Shown: piece after piece, positions 15,409 through 24,626 of the stretch
How positions within the stretch are numbered: position 1 is the first letter of the stretch
How the letters are laid out: every line of letters starts with the position of its first letter
Source of the DNA: Methanobacteriota archaeon
GTDB taxonomy: Archaea > Thermoplasmatota > Thermoplasmata > RBG-16-68-12
NCBI GenBank assembly: GCA_005879065.1
Contig: VBLU01000083.1
Location: forward strand, 1-48,495
DNA length: 48,495 nt
Direction of reading: 5' to 3'
The notes under the pieces: generated by a model
The model's database searches: none
Told to the model about the DNA's origin: nothing
What the model saw: only the letters and a program-made list of their open reading frames with translations
Program-made: the position numbers and the translations under genes

Positions 15409-15714
15409 GTGGCCGAAGAGGAGGTCGTCCGCGTCCGGATGCCGCGTACGAAAGACGGCGAAATCCTCGGCATTGCCGACCAACTTCTCGGGGCGTCCCG
15501 AGTCCGCGTGATGTGTTCCGACGGCAAGAGTCGGCTCGGTCGTATCCCTGGCAAGCTGAAGAAACGGATGTGGATCCGCGAGGGCGATCTCCTCGTGGTC
15601 AAGGTCTGGCAGTTCCAGGATGAAAAGTGCGACATCAAGCACCGCTATACGAAGACCGAGGCGAGCTACATGAGCCGCCGCGGTCTCATCCCGAAATCGA
15701 TCAACGTCTTCTGA
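15409..15714 (+). CDS. eif1a: Translation initiation factor 1A (aIF1A)
   Basis: 101 aa S1/OB protein with VRVMCSDGKSRLGRIPGKLKKRMWIREGDLLVV. Confidence 0.95.
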   Translation: MAEEEVVRVRMPRTKDGEILGIADQLLGASRVRVMCSDGKSRLGRIPGKLKKRMWIREGDLLVVKVWQFQDEKCDIKHRYTKTEASYMSRRGLIPKSINVF

Positions 15715-15720
15715 CGCCCA

Positions 15721-15733
15721 CAAAGCTCTTAGT
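15721..15733 (+). promoter_or_regulatory. BRE/TATA-like element for rio1
   Basis: CAAAGCTCTTAGT, 33 nt upstream of ATG 15760. Confidence 0.4.
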
Positions 15734-15759
15734 CGACCCGGTCGTTCGTTTTCGCATCG

Positions 15760-16524
15760 ATGTTCGACGACCGACAGATGAGGCACCTCGAAACCCAGGT
15801 CGACGCCCTCCGGATGAAGCAAAAGGACTCGGCGACCCGCAAGACATACGACCAGGTCTTCGACCAGGCCGCGCTCCTGACCATCGCGTCCCTGATCAGC
15901 GACGGGGTGATTTCGACCCTGGACTATCCCGTGAGTACGGGGAAGGAGGCGAACGTCTTCCATGCGACGGACGCTGCCGGCCGCGCGAAGGCCCTCAAGA
16001 TTTATCGCATCAACACGGCGACCTTCCGGAACATTGCCCTGTACATCGAAGGCGATCCCCGGTTCAAACGCGTGAAACGGGCGACGAAGCCGACGATTTT
16101 CGCCTGGGCCCAGAAGGAATACAAGAACCTGGTGCGCATGGAGGATGCCGGCGTTCGCGTCCCGACCCCGGAACGGGTCCTCGACAACGTGTTGGTCATG
16201 GCATATATCGGGGACGAGACCACGCCCGCTCCTTCCCTCCGCGAAGTGGCTTTGGAATCGCCCGCGGCCGTGTACCAGGACGTCGTCGCGAACTTGCGCG
16301 CGATCCGGAAGTCGCGGCTCGTCCACGCGGACATGAGCGAATACAATCTCCTCTGGTGGCAGGACCGCGTCGTCGTGATCGACGTCGGTCAGGCGGTGCC
16401 CCTGGATCATCCCCATGCGGAGGAATGGTTTCGCCGGGACGTCGCGAACATTGCTCGGTTCTTCAAACGCCTTCGGGTCGACACCACCCCGGCCTCCCTC
16501 GAGCAGGCGATCCTGCAGGACTGA
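15760..16524 (+). CDS. rio1: RIO-type serine kinase Rio1
   Basis: STGKEANVFHA, LKIYR, LVHADMSEYNLLW and IDVGQAV. It sits in the conserved aIF1A-rio1-KH context. Confidence 0.9.
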   Translation: MFDDRQMRHLETQVDALRMKQKDSATRKTYDQVFDQAALLTIASLISDGVISTLDYPVSTGKEANVFHATDAAGRAKALKIYRINTATFRNIALYIEGDPRFKRVKRATKPTIFAWAQKEYKNLVRMEDAGVRVPTPERVLDNVLVMAYIGDETTPAPSLREVALESPAAVYQDVVANLRAIRKSRLVHADMSEYNLLWWQDRVVVIDVGQAVPLDHPHAEEWFRRDVANIARFFKRLRVDTTPASLEQAILQD

Positions 16525-16525
16525 C

Positions 16526-17062
16526 ATGTTGTACGCTCGAATTCCTGCGGAACGGCTTGGCGTCCTCATTGGCCCGGATGGCGTGACGAAGCAGCGGCTC
16601 CAGCAGTCGACCGGGACACGGATCGCGGTTGACTCCATGAGTGGCGAGGTGACGATCGACGAGACCGGCGCGTCGGATCCGGTGCTGGCCCTGAAGGCCC
16701 GCGATATCGTCCATGCGATGGCTCGCGGCTTTTCGGAGGACCGCGCGTTCCGCCTCCTCGACGAAGACGCGTACCTGGAGGTCCTCGACATCAAGGATTT
16801 CGCCCATTCGAAGAACCGGGTCGCCCAGATTCGGGCCCGCCTGATCGGGACGCGGGGGAAGACTCGGCGCATCATTGAGGAGCTGACCGGCGTCGACGTG
16901 AGCGTGTGGGGACACACCATCGCCCTGATCGGAGGCACCTTCGAGATGGTCATCGCCCGGGACGCGGTCATCATGCTCCTCCGGGGCAGCGAGCACAAGA
17001 CCGTATACCGATTCCTCGAACGAAAACGGGCGGACCTCAAAGCCTATCAGATGGGATTCTAG
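16526..17062 (+). CDS. KH-domain RNA-binding protein (Dim2/Pno1-like)
   Basis: ORF 16415..17062, with the start at ATG 16526, 1 nt after the rio1 stop. It has two KH-like modules (LGVLIGPDGVTKQRL; LIGTRGKTRRIIEELTG). Confidence 0.85.
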   Translation: MLYARIPAERLGVLIGPDGVTKQRLQQSTGTRIAVDSMSGEVTIDETGASDPVLALKARDIVHAMARGFSEDRAFRLLDEDAYLEVLDIKDFAHSKNRVAQIRARLIGTRGKTRRIIEELTGVDVSVWGHTIALIGGTFEMVIARDAVIMLLRGSEHKTVYRFLERKRADLKAYQMGF

Positions 17063-17119
17063 GTTCTCCTGCCAAACTCGCGAGGCTCTTCGGACGCTCG
17101 ACCGACCGCCTTCGGATAA

Positions 17120-20062
17120 TTGTTATATAACGCTCGAGACTACTGCGATAGGGGTCCTGGGCTGCCGAAGTACGTCTACCTGTTCGAGGAGGGAGACGCC
17201 ACCATGCGGGACCTGCTCGGCGGCAAGGGCGCCGGGCTCGCGGAGATGACCCGGCTCGGCCTTCCGGTCCCGCCGGGCTTTACGATCACGACGAAGGCCT
17301 GCAATGCATACGCGCGGAGCGGCCGTTTTCCGCCCGGCCTCTGGAAGCAGGTGGAGGACGGACTCTCGACCGTCGAGGCCAAGATCGGCCGTCGCTTTGG
17401 CGATCCCACGAACCCGTTGCTCGTCTCCGTCCGGTCCGGCGCGAAGTTCTCGATGCCCGGGATGATGGACACGGTCCTCAACTTGGGTCTGAACGACGCG
17501 ACCGTGGAAACGCTCGCGCGAGTCTCGAACGCCCGGTTCGCATGGGACGCCTACCGTCGGCTCATCGCGATGTTCGGTCGGATCGTGAAGGACATCGACG
17601 GACGAGCATTTGAGGCGATCTTGGAGGACCACAAAGGCAGGGCCGGCGCAAAGAAAGATACCGACCTGTCTGCCGAAGAGCTGATCGGAGTCGTCGGGGA
17701 TTTCAAGCGATTGTACGCGGACCGGGTGGCCGAGGAGTTTCCACAGGGTCCGAAGGAGCAGCTGCAACAGGCGATTGCCGCCGTCTTCCGGTCGTGGAAC
17801 GGGAAGCGGGCCGTAGACTACCGAAACTTCAACAAGATCCCGCATGACCTCGGGACCGCTGCGAACGTCCAGACGATGGTCTTCGGGAACATGGGATCCG
17901 ATTCCGGCACGGGCGTGGCCTTCACCCGGAACCCGTCGACCGGTGAGAAGCAGTTGTATGGGGAATTTCTCCCGAATGCGCAGGGCGAGGATGTCGTCGC
18001 TGGCATCCGCACCCCGATGACGATCGCGCAGCTCCGAGAGACCTTCCCCGCCGTATATGAACAATTCACGGACGTCGCCGAGCTGCTCGAGAAGCACTAC
18101 CGCGACGTACAGGATATCGAATTCACCGTGGAACGCGGAAAGCTATGGATGCTGCAGACGCGGACCGGGAAGCGGTCAGCCAAGGCCGCCGTAAAGATCG
18201 CGGTCGACATGGCCCGTGAGGGCTTGGTGACGAAACAGGAAGCCATCCTCCGCGTCGAGCCGATGCATGTGGTGCAGCTCCTCCTTCCGCAGTTTGACGA
18301 GCGCGCCAAGGTCGGTGCTCGGAAGGAAGGACGTTATCTGACACGCGGTCTCAACGCCTCGCCGGGAGCCGCCGCGGGATTCGCGACGTTCGATCCGGAC
18401 GAAGCCGAGTCGATGGGCCGGGATCAGAAGAAGCCGGTCATCCTGGTCCGCCTGGAGACCTCTCCCGATGACGTCCACGGCATCCTCCACGCGAAGGGAG
18501 TCCTCACCGCGCGGGGAGGGGCCACGAGTCATGCCGCCGTCGTCACGCGGGGTCTCGGGATCCCGTGTGTGACCGGGTGCGAGTCCATCTCCGTCGATTA
18601 CGACGCGGCCCAGTTCCGCGTCGGCGAGAAGATCGTCCATCGCGGGGATTTCGTCTCGATCGACGGAAGTACGGGGGAGGTGTTCGAAGGCCGAATCCCG
18701 ACGATTGATCCGGACTTCACGAAAGAGGCGGACTTGCAGGCGCTCCTTGGGTGGGCGGACGAAGAACGGCGCCTCCAGGTGTGGGCCAATGCGGATTATC
18801 CTCGCGATGCGGAGCGCGCCCGGCAATTCGGCGCGCAGGGGATTGGCCTGGACCGGACGGAGCACATGTTCATGGAGACGGACCGGCTCGATATCGTCCA
18901 CGAGATGATCCTCGCTGCGCCGGACTATCGACGGGTCTCCCGCGAGATGCGGGCACTCAAGTCCGAAATCGAGACCGCGAAGGACGAGAAGCGGGACGCC
19001 CTTTCGAAACGCGTCGCCCTCCTGGAACCGGTGCTTGGGGATCTCTCCCGGCGATACCTGGGCTCTTTGGAGAAGCTCGGTGGCCTGCAGAAGGAGGATT
19101 TCATCGGCATCCTCCGGGCGATGCAAGGACTCCCGGTGATCATCCGCCTGATCGATCCGCCCCTCCATGAGTTCCTTCCGAAGTACGAGAGCCTGCTCGT
19201 CCAAGTGACAAAGCTCACATTGGCACGGGGCAACCCGGACGTGCTTATCCACAACGCTCATTCGGACGAAGACAAGGCATTCGTCGAGGAGGTCACGAAG
19301 GCGGGAGACGGGGATGTTCGCCGCGGAATCGAGGTGCTCCTACCGGGGAAGCAGGTCCTTCTCGAGGCCGTCGCCGCGAACCGGGAATCCAACCCGATGT
19401 TGGGCCTTCGGGGATGCCGCCTCGGGATTACCTTCCCCGAGATTACGGAGATGCAGGTCCGGGCCATCTTCGAGGCCTCCTGCGCGCTCACCAAAGAAGG
19501 CGTCGTTGTGAAGCCGGAGATCATGATCCCCCTGGCGGGTCATGTGAACGAGCTGAAGATCGAGAGGGACGCGCTCGAGGCAGAGGCGAAGAAGGTCATG
19601 GAACGAGAGGGCGTTTCCATACCCTACAAATTCGGGACGATGATCGAGCTCCCGAGGGCAGCGCTCACGGCGGACGAGATCGCGAAGCACGCGGAGTTCT
19701 TTTCCTTCGGGACGAACGATCTCACGCAGACAACGTTTGGATATTCCCGTGACGACGCGGAAAGCAAGTTCCTCCTCGATTTCGTGGATCGGGGAATCCT
19801 GCCCTTCAATCCATTCCAGACCCTCGACCGAGAGGGCGTCGGCCAGCTCATGCGGATGTGTGTGCAAAAGGGCCGGAAGGTCCGCAAGGACCTGGAGGTC
19901 GGGATTTGCGGCGAGCACGGTGGCGATCCCTCGAGCATCGAACTTTGCCACACGCTCGGTCTTACCTATGTGTCCTGCTCGCCCTTTCGAGTTCCGGTCG
20001 CCCGCCTGGCAGCCGCCCATGCAAAGCTTCGAGAAGAGGTCAGCGAATTCGGGGATCGCTGA
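17120..20062 (+). CDS. ppdK: Pyruvate, phosphate dikinase
   Basis: KYVYLFEEG, LLGGKGAGLAEM, phospho-His motif GGATSHAAVVTRGLGIPCV, NPMLGLRGCRLG, FFSFGTNDLTQ and GICGEHGGDP. The true start is probably downstream of 17120 (see finding). Confidence 0.95.
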   Translation: MLYNARDYCDRGPGLPKYVYLFEEGDATMRDLLGGKGAGLAEMTRLGLPVPPGFTITTKACNAYARSGRFPPGLWKQVEDGLSTVEAKIGRRFGDPTNPLLVSVRSGAKFSMPGMMDTVLNLGLNDATVETLARVSNARFAWDAYRRLIAMFGRIVKDIDGRAFEAILEDHKGRAGAKKDTDLSAEELIGVVGDFKRLYADRVAEEFPQGPKEQLQQAIAAVFRSWNGKRAVDYRNFNKIPHDLGTAANVQTMVFGNMGSDSGTGVAFTRNPSTGEKQLYGEFLPNAQGEDVVAGIRTPMTIAQLRETFPAVYEQFTDVAELLEKHYRDVQDIEFTVERGKLWMLQTRTGKRSAKAAVKIAVDMAREGLVTKQEAILRVEPMHVVQLLLPQFDERAKVGARKEGRYLTRGLNASPGAAAGFATFDPDEAESMGRDQKKPVILVRLETSPDDVHGILHAKGVLTARGGATSHAAVVTRGLGIPCVTGCESISVDYDAAQFRVGEKIVHRGDFVSIDGSTGEVFEGRIPTIDPDFTKEADLQALLGWADEERRLQVWANADYPRDAERARQFGAQGIGLDRTEHMFMETDRLDIVHEMILAAPDYRRVSREMRALKSEIETAKDEKRDALSKRVALLEPVLGDLSRRYLGSLEKLGGLQKEDFIGILRAMQGLPVIIRLIDPPLHEFLPKYESLLVQVTKLTLARGNPDVLIHNAHSDEDKAFVEEVTKAGDGDVRRGIEVLLPGKQVLLEAVAANRESNPMLGLRGCRLGITFPEITEMQVRAIFEASCALTKEGVVVKPEIMIPLAGHVNELKIERDALEAEAKKVMEREGVSIPYKFGTMIELPRAALTADEIAKHAEFFSFGTNDLTQTTFGYSRDDAESKFLLDFVDRGILPFNPFQTLDREGVGQLMRMCVQKGRKVRKDLEVGICGEHGGDPSSIELCHTLGLTYVSCSPFRVPVARLAAAHAKLREEVSEFGDR
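17121..17131 (+). promoter_or_regulatory. TATA box upstream of ppdK
   Basis: TGTTATATAAC. It lies inside the longest ORF call for ppdK. Confidence 0.5.
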
Positions 20063-20074
20063 CCGGGTGGCATT

Positions 20075-20860
20075 GTGGCAGGCGTCGCAGACTCGCCCTA
20101 TTTCTTGATCGTCCTGCTGGTTTCTGCGTTCACGATGCCCCTCGTGTTCGTGGCCGTAATTCGGAACACGGCTCGACAGGCAAGGGAGCCCTGGAGGCTT
20201 GTCCTCAAGGCCTTCTTTTGGGGCGCCGTGTTCAGCGTGATCATCGCGATCATCTTCAGCCTCGTCCTCAGCGCCACGCTCGGTCAAGTTGGACCGTTGA
20301 ACGAATTCCTCGCCCGGCGTCTCCATGACCCCGACGTTGTCTACCTCGTCGTGGGGGCCGTGATTGTCGCGCCGATCGTGGAGGAGGCGGCCAAGGGTCT
20401 CGGGGTCCGAGCTGGCAGGCCGGAAATCCAGAAACTGCTCGATGGCCTCGTTTATGGAGCTGCGGCAGGCCTCGGATTCTCCGCGACGGAGAACCTCTTC
20501 TATGGGATCGCAAGGTTGTTAGAAAGCGGCCCCACCGCTTCCCTAGTGGAGATTTTGATCCGATCGTTCTCCTCCTCTCTGCTCCACGCGAGCTCGACCG
20601 CGGTTTTCGGATACGGTCTCGCGAAGACCTGGCTCGTGCGTCGCGCTTGGGCCTTCGTCCCTTACTATCTGACCGCCGTGATCATGCATGCGGTCTTCAA
20701 CCTCGTTGCGGTCCTCGGAGAGTTGTACGCGACTCAATATGGGGATTTGGGAAGGCTGGTCAGCTTCGTGGTCGGGGTTTCCTTCGCGGTCGTGGCGATC
20801 ACGCTTGTACGAATCAAGCTGCGCTCTCGGACGCACCGGGATGTAAGGGGTGACGGATGA
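20075..20860 (+). CDS. PrsW-family intramembrane protease
   Basis: Polytopic, with APIVEEAAKG, GLGFSATENLFY, LLHASSTAVFGYGL and MHAVFN. Confidence 0.75.
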   Translation: MAGVADSPYFLIVLLVSAFTMPLVFVAVIRNTARQAREPWRLVLKAFFWGAVFSVIIAIIFSLVLSATLGQVGPLNEFLARRLHDPDVVYLVVGAVIVAPIVEEAAKGLGVRAGRPEIQKLLDGLVYGAAAGLGFSATENLFYGIARLLESGPTASLVEILIRSFSSSLLHASSTAVFGYGLAKTWLVRRAWAFVPYYLTAVIMHAVFNLVAVLGELYATQYGDLGRLVSFVVGVSFAVVAITLVRIKLRSRTHRDVRGDG

Positions 20861-21522
20861 TTCGGGATCTTGCGATTGGGCATCGCACGGTCCGGATCTC
20901 GAAGATTCTGTGTGTGGCCCGCAACTACGCGGATCATGCTAAGGAAATGGGCACCCCCGTTCCGAACCAGCCGATCTTCTTCCTCAAACCGACAACTGCG
21001 CTGCTTCTTGGAGGCGGGACGATCCTGATCCCACCGGAATCGATGCGGGTCGAGGTCGAGACCGAGCTCGCGGTCATCCTGAATGAGGGAGGCCGCGACA
21101 TTTCGAGCGCCTCCGCGATGGACCACGTCGCTGGATATTCCGTGTTCTTCGACATCACAGCGCGGGACCTGCAAGCGAAGGCCCGGGAGGAAGGTTCCCC
21201 ATGGACCGCTGCGAAAGGGTTCGACACCTTTGCTCCGGTATCGGAGGCCGTCGCCGCAGATCCGGACCTCGATCCACACCGGCTTCCGATTCGCCTTCGT
21301 GTGAATGGCGCCGTGCGGCAAGATTCGAACACGAACCAAATGGTGTTCCGGATCCCGCAGCTCATTGAGGCGGCCTCCCGGATCATGACCTTGGAAGTCG
21401 GAGACGTGATCGCGACCGGAACCCCCGCGGGGGTGTGGCCGATCCGCCCCGGCGATGTCCTCGAAGCGGAGATTCCGCGGGTTGGAACCTTGCGGTGCAC
21501 GGTCGCGGCGCGAAATCGTTAA
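20857..21522 (+). CDS. Fumarylacetoacetate hydrolase (FAH) family protein
   Basis: ATGA overlap with the upstream gene. KILCVARNYADHAKEMG, IFFLKP, ETELAVIL and GDVIATGTPAGV. Confidence 0.85.
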   Translation: MIRDLAIGHRTVRISKILCVARNYADHAKEMGTPVPNQPIFFLKPTTALLLGGGTILIPPESMRVEVETELAVILNEGGRDISSASAMDHVAGYSVFFDITARDLQAKAREEGSPWTAAKGFDTFAPVSEAVAADPDLDPHRLPIRLRVNGAVRQDSNTNQMVFRIPQLIEAASRIMTLEVGDVIATGTPAGVWPIRPGDVLEAEIPRVGTLRCTVAARNR

Positions 21523-21550
21523 CTATCAGGCACTGCCTCCATGTGCGCGC

Positions 21551-22021
21551 ATGCGATTTCGCTTCGAGATGGTGGGGGATGTCTACTCGAAGCATAAGGA
21601 GTCGTTCAAGCGCCTCCTAGCGAAGCATGGACTCCGATGGAGGGGGAGCCTAGACCGACCGTTCTGGGCGAGCGGCACGGAGCGCGTCACCGCCGTCTTC
21701 GATCGGGACGAGGAACGGGACCTTCTGCGAAGCGCAGCACTCGTCTGGGAGAGCGCGGGGAAGTCACGCCTCCTGGAGGACCTGAAAGCGTGGGCATGGG
21801 AAGCCGGGGCGAAGGCTGTGGAAGACCAATCTCCGTCGGCCGAGGACGTGACCGACGAGGTCGAGCAAGCCCTTCGGTACTGGGACATCGTCTGGAAACC
21901 TAACGAAGATTGGTTGAAGGCCCAAGGCCGACCCAGGGCCTGGATCGAGGCGGACGTCAAGCGGTGGAAGCAACAGCGACAAGAACGTCGACGGGAGCTC
22001 GTGGGCCAAGCGACCGACTAG
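21551..22021 (+). CDS. Hypothetical Trp-rich protein, 156 aa
   Basis: In-frame ATG 21551 within ORF 21455..22021. TTAACTAT lies about 30 nt upstream. No family recognised. Confidence 0.55.
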   Translation: MRFRFEMVGDVYSKHKESFKRLLAKHGLRWRGSLDRPFWASGTERVTAVFDRDEERDLLRSAALVWESAGKSRLLEDLKAWAWEAGAKAVEDQSPSAEDVTDEVEQALRYWDIVWKPNEDWLKAQGRPRAWIEADVKRWKQQRQERRRELVGQATD

Positions 22022-22281
22022 AACGCCGCGATGGAACGAACCTCGAGCGAATCGTAACAGTCGAAACAATATCCTTGGCGTCGATCATCCGGGAGGAGGA
22101 CGATGCGGGTGTGGCATTTTCGACACCGGGCCTCTCGGTCGCCTCCATCGGAAATGCGCCGTAAATCTGGACGAAGCTTCCATGAAATCGTACACGCCTC
22201 CCGAGCCGGTCCCCGCGCGGCACGGAGCCGTCGCACTCTATAAAAACGTTGTGCGGGCCAGGCTACGGCGCGTCTCAACAA
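22018..22281 (-). CDS. Possible small zinc-ribbon protein (start unresolved)
   Basis: The C-terminal part reads CRKCHTRIVLLPDDRRQGYCFDCYD (CxxC...CxxC). There is no ATG/GTG/TTG between the Arg-rich N-terminal part and the ribbon, so the real extent is unclear. Confidence 0.3.
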   Translation of the reverse strand: MLRRAVAWPAQRFYRVRRLRAARGPAREACTISWKLRPDLRRISDGGDREARCRKCHTRIVLLPDDRRQGYCFDCYDSLEVRSIAAF

Positions 22282-22291
22282 CGGTTTAATG
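22279..22291 (+). promoter_or_regulatory. BRE/TATA-like element for tmk
   Basis: CAACGGTTTAATG. The TTTAA lies 32 nt upstream of TTG 22317 (LLTGFVTFEG...). Confidence 0.45.
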
Positions 22292-22304
22292 CTCAGCCCG
22301 ACCG

Positions 22305-22834
22305 TTGTCCCCGGTCTTGCTCACCGGCTTCGTAACATTCGAAGGCATTGATGGTTCCGGGAAGACCACTGTCGAGGCGTCGAAGAGGACGCGAACGCAA
22401 TCACGGAGTCATTCCTGTTTCTCGCAGATCGTTCGGCCCACATCCCGCAGATCCGCTCCCATCTCGAGAAGGGCGACCTGGTCCTCTGCGACCGGTACGC
22501 GGACTCCACGTACGCATACCAGGGCGCACGATTGGTCGGCGTCATTCCGGATCCGATTCGGTTCCTGCAGAATGCGAGTCGAGGATGGCTTCTGTCCCCC
22601 GATCTCACGATCCTCCTCCGAGTCTCCCCGGAACTCGGGATGGAACGGATTAAGGATCGACCGACGAAGATCCGGTTCGAAGACCTCGCCCTCCTTCGTC
22701 GGGTCGCGGCGAACTACGACCGACTCGCGAGGTCCCGTCGCTTTGCCGTCCTCGACGGCGCTCGGTCCGCGGACGTCGTCAGCGACGACGCGATTTCGGC
22801 GATCGAGAAGCGGCTCGGCCGCGGGCGAACATGA
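22305..22834 (+). pseudogene. tmk: Thymidylate kinase, disrupted by internal loss plus frame change
   Basis: The P-loop part FVTFEGIDGSGKTTV is in the frame of 22305. The remainder (GVEEDANAITESFLFLADRSAHI...VLCDRYADSTYAYQG...) is in the frame of ORF 22532..22834, open from 22352. About 35 aa, including the TREPGGT region, are missing around 22371-22376. Confidence 0.8.
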
Positions 22835-22982
22835 CGTTTGGGCGTTTCACCATCAACGCCTTCCTCAGAAGAAAGGCACGAGCGAAGACCGCGGCAGTCT
22901 CGAGATCGCCCCGTTCCAATTCGAGGAGGAACGCCTTCCCGAACAGGACGTGAAGGGTCTCATTCGCCTTCCCGGTCGACAT
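22779..22982 (-). CDS. Possible small helical protein divergent from the HerA-like gene
   Basis: 67-aa ORF (MSTGKANETLHVLFGKAFLLELERGDLETAAVFARAFLLRKAL...) with G/C-rich third positions. Its last 18 codons overlap the tmk 3' end antisense. No family recognised. Confidence 0.3.
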   Translation of the reverse strand: MSTGKANETLHVLFGKAFLLELERGDLETAAVFARAFLLRKALMVKRPNVMFARGRAASRSPKSRRR

Positions 22983-23084
22983 CTTGTCGTTGCAATTGTC
23001 CGCGGTGCACCATGAAAAGGTGCCCCAAGAATATCATCCGCGATTCTCATTTTCTCCATAAGCGCGACGCCCGCGCACGTGGAC

Positions 23085-23097
23085 AAAGCTATTTATG
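23085..23097 (+). promoter_or_regulatory. BRE/TATA-like element for the HerA-like gene
   Basis: AAAGCTATTTATG, about 45 nt upstream of ATG 23136. Confidence 0.45.
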
Positions 23098-23135
23098 CCG
23101 TCGCCCGGTTATCGCGCCGCGCATGGGATGCACGC

Positions 23136-24626
23136 ATGGAATCCGCGGCCCACCATAGGCCTTCCGCTCACCATGGCGACGGTTTTGTCGGCGTGATCTA
23201 CGGCGACATCGGCACGACCGCGTTCCGCTGTTCCGTCGCGGAGGCCGTGGAACGGAACGAGTTCGTGCAGGTTCAGCACGAGATGTGCGGCATAGTCCTT
23301 GGCCGGGTCGACGAGATCGAACGGAAGACGGATCTCTCCCTGGACCGTGCGCAACTCCTCGGAGACGGCAATCCCATCGACGTGGAGGAGCGGGTGTCCG
23401 CCCAAATCAGCGTGATTGGATACCGCGACGATCGGGGTCTTCTCCAGGTTCCCAGGACCCCCTTTCGCGCCGGAGAGCCTGTCCACCTCGCCGAGACCGC
23501 GACGATCGAAGAGGTGATCGGCCTGACGGAGGACAAGAAACACGGCGCCTACGTCGGCCTCTTGGCGGGTCATGAGGTGCCCGTCTATCTGGACATCAAC
23601 GCGATGGTCCAGAAGCACGTATCGATCCTGGCCAAAACGGGAGGCGGGAAATCGTACATCGCGGGCGTCCTCATCGAGGAGCTGATGAAACACCACGTGA
23701 CGTGCGTGATCCTTGATCCGCACGGCGAATACGCGTCCCTCCGGGAGAAGGGGAAGTCCCCTCACGGTGCCACGCGATTTCATGTCGAGCCCCGTGCCTA
23801 CGCGGACGTAATCCAAGTGTTTTCGCCCGACACCAAGGTGAATCCGGGGAGTCGACCGCTCAAGTTCACCCTGAGCAACCTCGACGCTCGAGACATCTTG
23901 TCGCTCACCGGCTCTGCGAGGGTTCGGACCCACCTCACAGCCTTGCGCAAAGCCCTCGACCTGCTGCGACAGGCGACGAAGGACTACACGATTCGGGACA
24001 TTGTCCGAGTGCTCGAGCGCGAGGAGGATCCCCAAAACGCCTCTTTGATCGACGAACTCGAGTACCTGAGCGAAGTCGAAATCTTTGCCAAGGAAGGGAC
24101 CCGAATCGACGAACTCGTGATCAAAGGGAAGACGACGATTATCAACTTGAAAGGGGTCCCACCGGATATCCAGGAACTCGTCGTGAATCGCCTGGCGACC
24201 GCGATGTTCGAATTACGAAAGCTCGGTCGAATCCCGCCCATGATGCTGGTCGTCGAGGAGGCCCACAACTTTTGTCCGCAGGTCGGGCAGGTCGCGTCGT
24301 CGAAGGTGTTCCGCACCTTGGCTTCCGAGGGTCGCAAGTTTGGATTGGGCCTTGTGATCATCACCCAGCGGGCGGCGAAGGTCGACAAGAACGTGCTGAG
24401 CCAGTGCAACACCCAAGTCATCCTGAAAGTCACGAACCCGAACGATCTAAAGGCGATCATCGCCAGTGTTGAAGGGCTCACGACATCGATGGCGGAGGAA
24501 ATCTCCCGCCTTCCCATCGGAGTCGCCATCATGACGGGCGGCGGACTTCAGATGCCTTTGATGGTGGAAGTGCGTCCGCGGGAGACGCGACACGGCGGAG
24601 AAAGCGTGAAGGTCATCGAGGACTGA
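23136..24626 (+). CDS. HerA-like (DUF87/COG0433) ASCE ATPase
   Basis: ORF 23079..24626. I moved the start to ATG 23136 because the TATA-like element lies inside the longer call. Walker A LAKTGGGKSY, Walker B MMLVVEEAHNF, GRKFGLGLVIITQR, and an N-terminal barrel-like region. Confidence 0.85.
   Translation: MESAAHHRPSAHHGDGFVGVIYGDIGTTAFRCSVAEAVERNEFVQVQHEMCGIVLGRVDEIERKTDLSLDRAQLLGDGNPIDVEERVSAQISVIGYRDDRGLLQVPRTPFRAGEPVHLAETATIEEVIGLTEDKKHGAYVGLLAGHEVPVYLDINAMVQKHVSILAKTGGGKSYIAGVLIEELMKHHVTCVILDPHGEYASLREKGKSPHGATRFHVEPRAYADVIQVFSPDTKVNPGSRPLKFTLSNLDARDILSLTGSARVRTHLTALRKALDLLRQATKDYTIRDIVRVLEREEDPQNASLIDELEYLSEVEIFAKEGTRIDELVIKGKTTIINLKGVPPDIQELVVNRLATAMFELRKLGRIPPMMLVVEEAHNFCPQVGQVASSKVFRTLASEGRKFGLGLVIITQRAAKVDKNVLSQCNTQVILKVTNPNDLKAIIASVEGLTTSMAEEISRLPIGVAIMTGGGLQMPLMVEVRPRETRHGGESVKVIED

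Noticed and set aside
14734-17040. 768-aa minus-strand ORF
   Set aside because: It lies antisense to the CDIN1-like gene, aIF1A, rio1 and the KH gene, all with strong signatures. It has no recognisable motifs.
17123-20326. Several 300+ aa minus-strand ORFs (17123..18097, 18176..19261, 19340..20326)
   Set aside because: All lie antisense to ppdK, which is unambiguous.
22352-22380. Programmed ribosomal frameshift as an explanation for split tmk (and likewise coaBC at about 35970)
   Set aside because: In both genes about 35 conserved residues are missing, not merely shifted. Frameshifting could not restore a complete protein.
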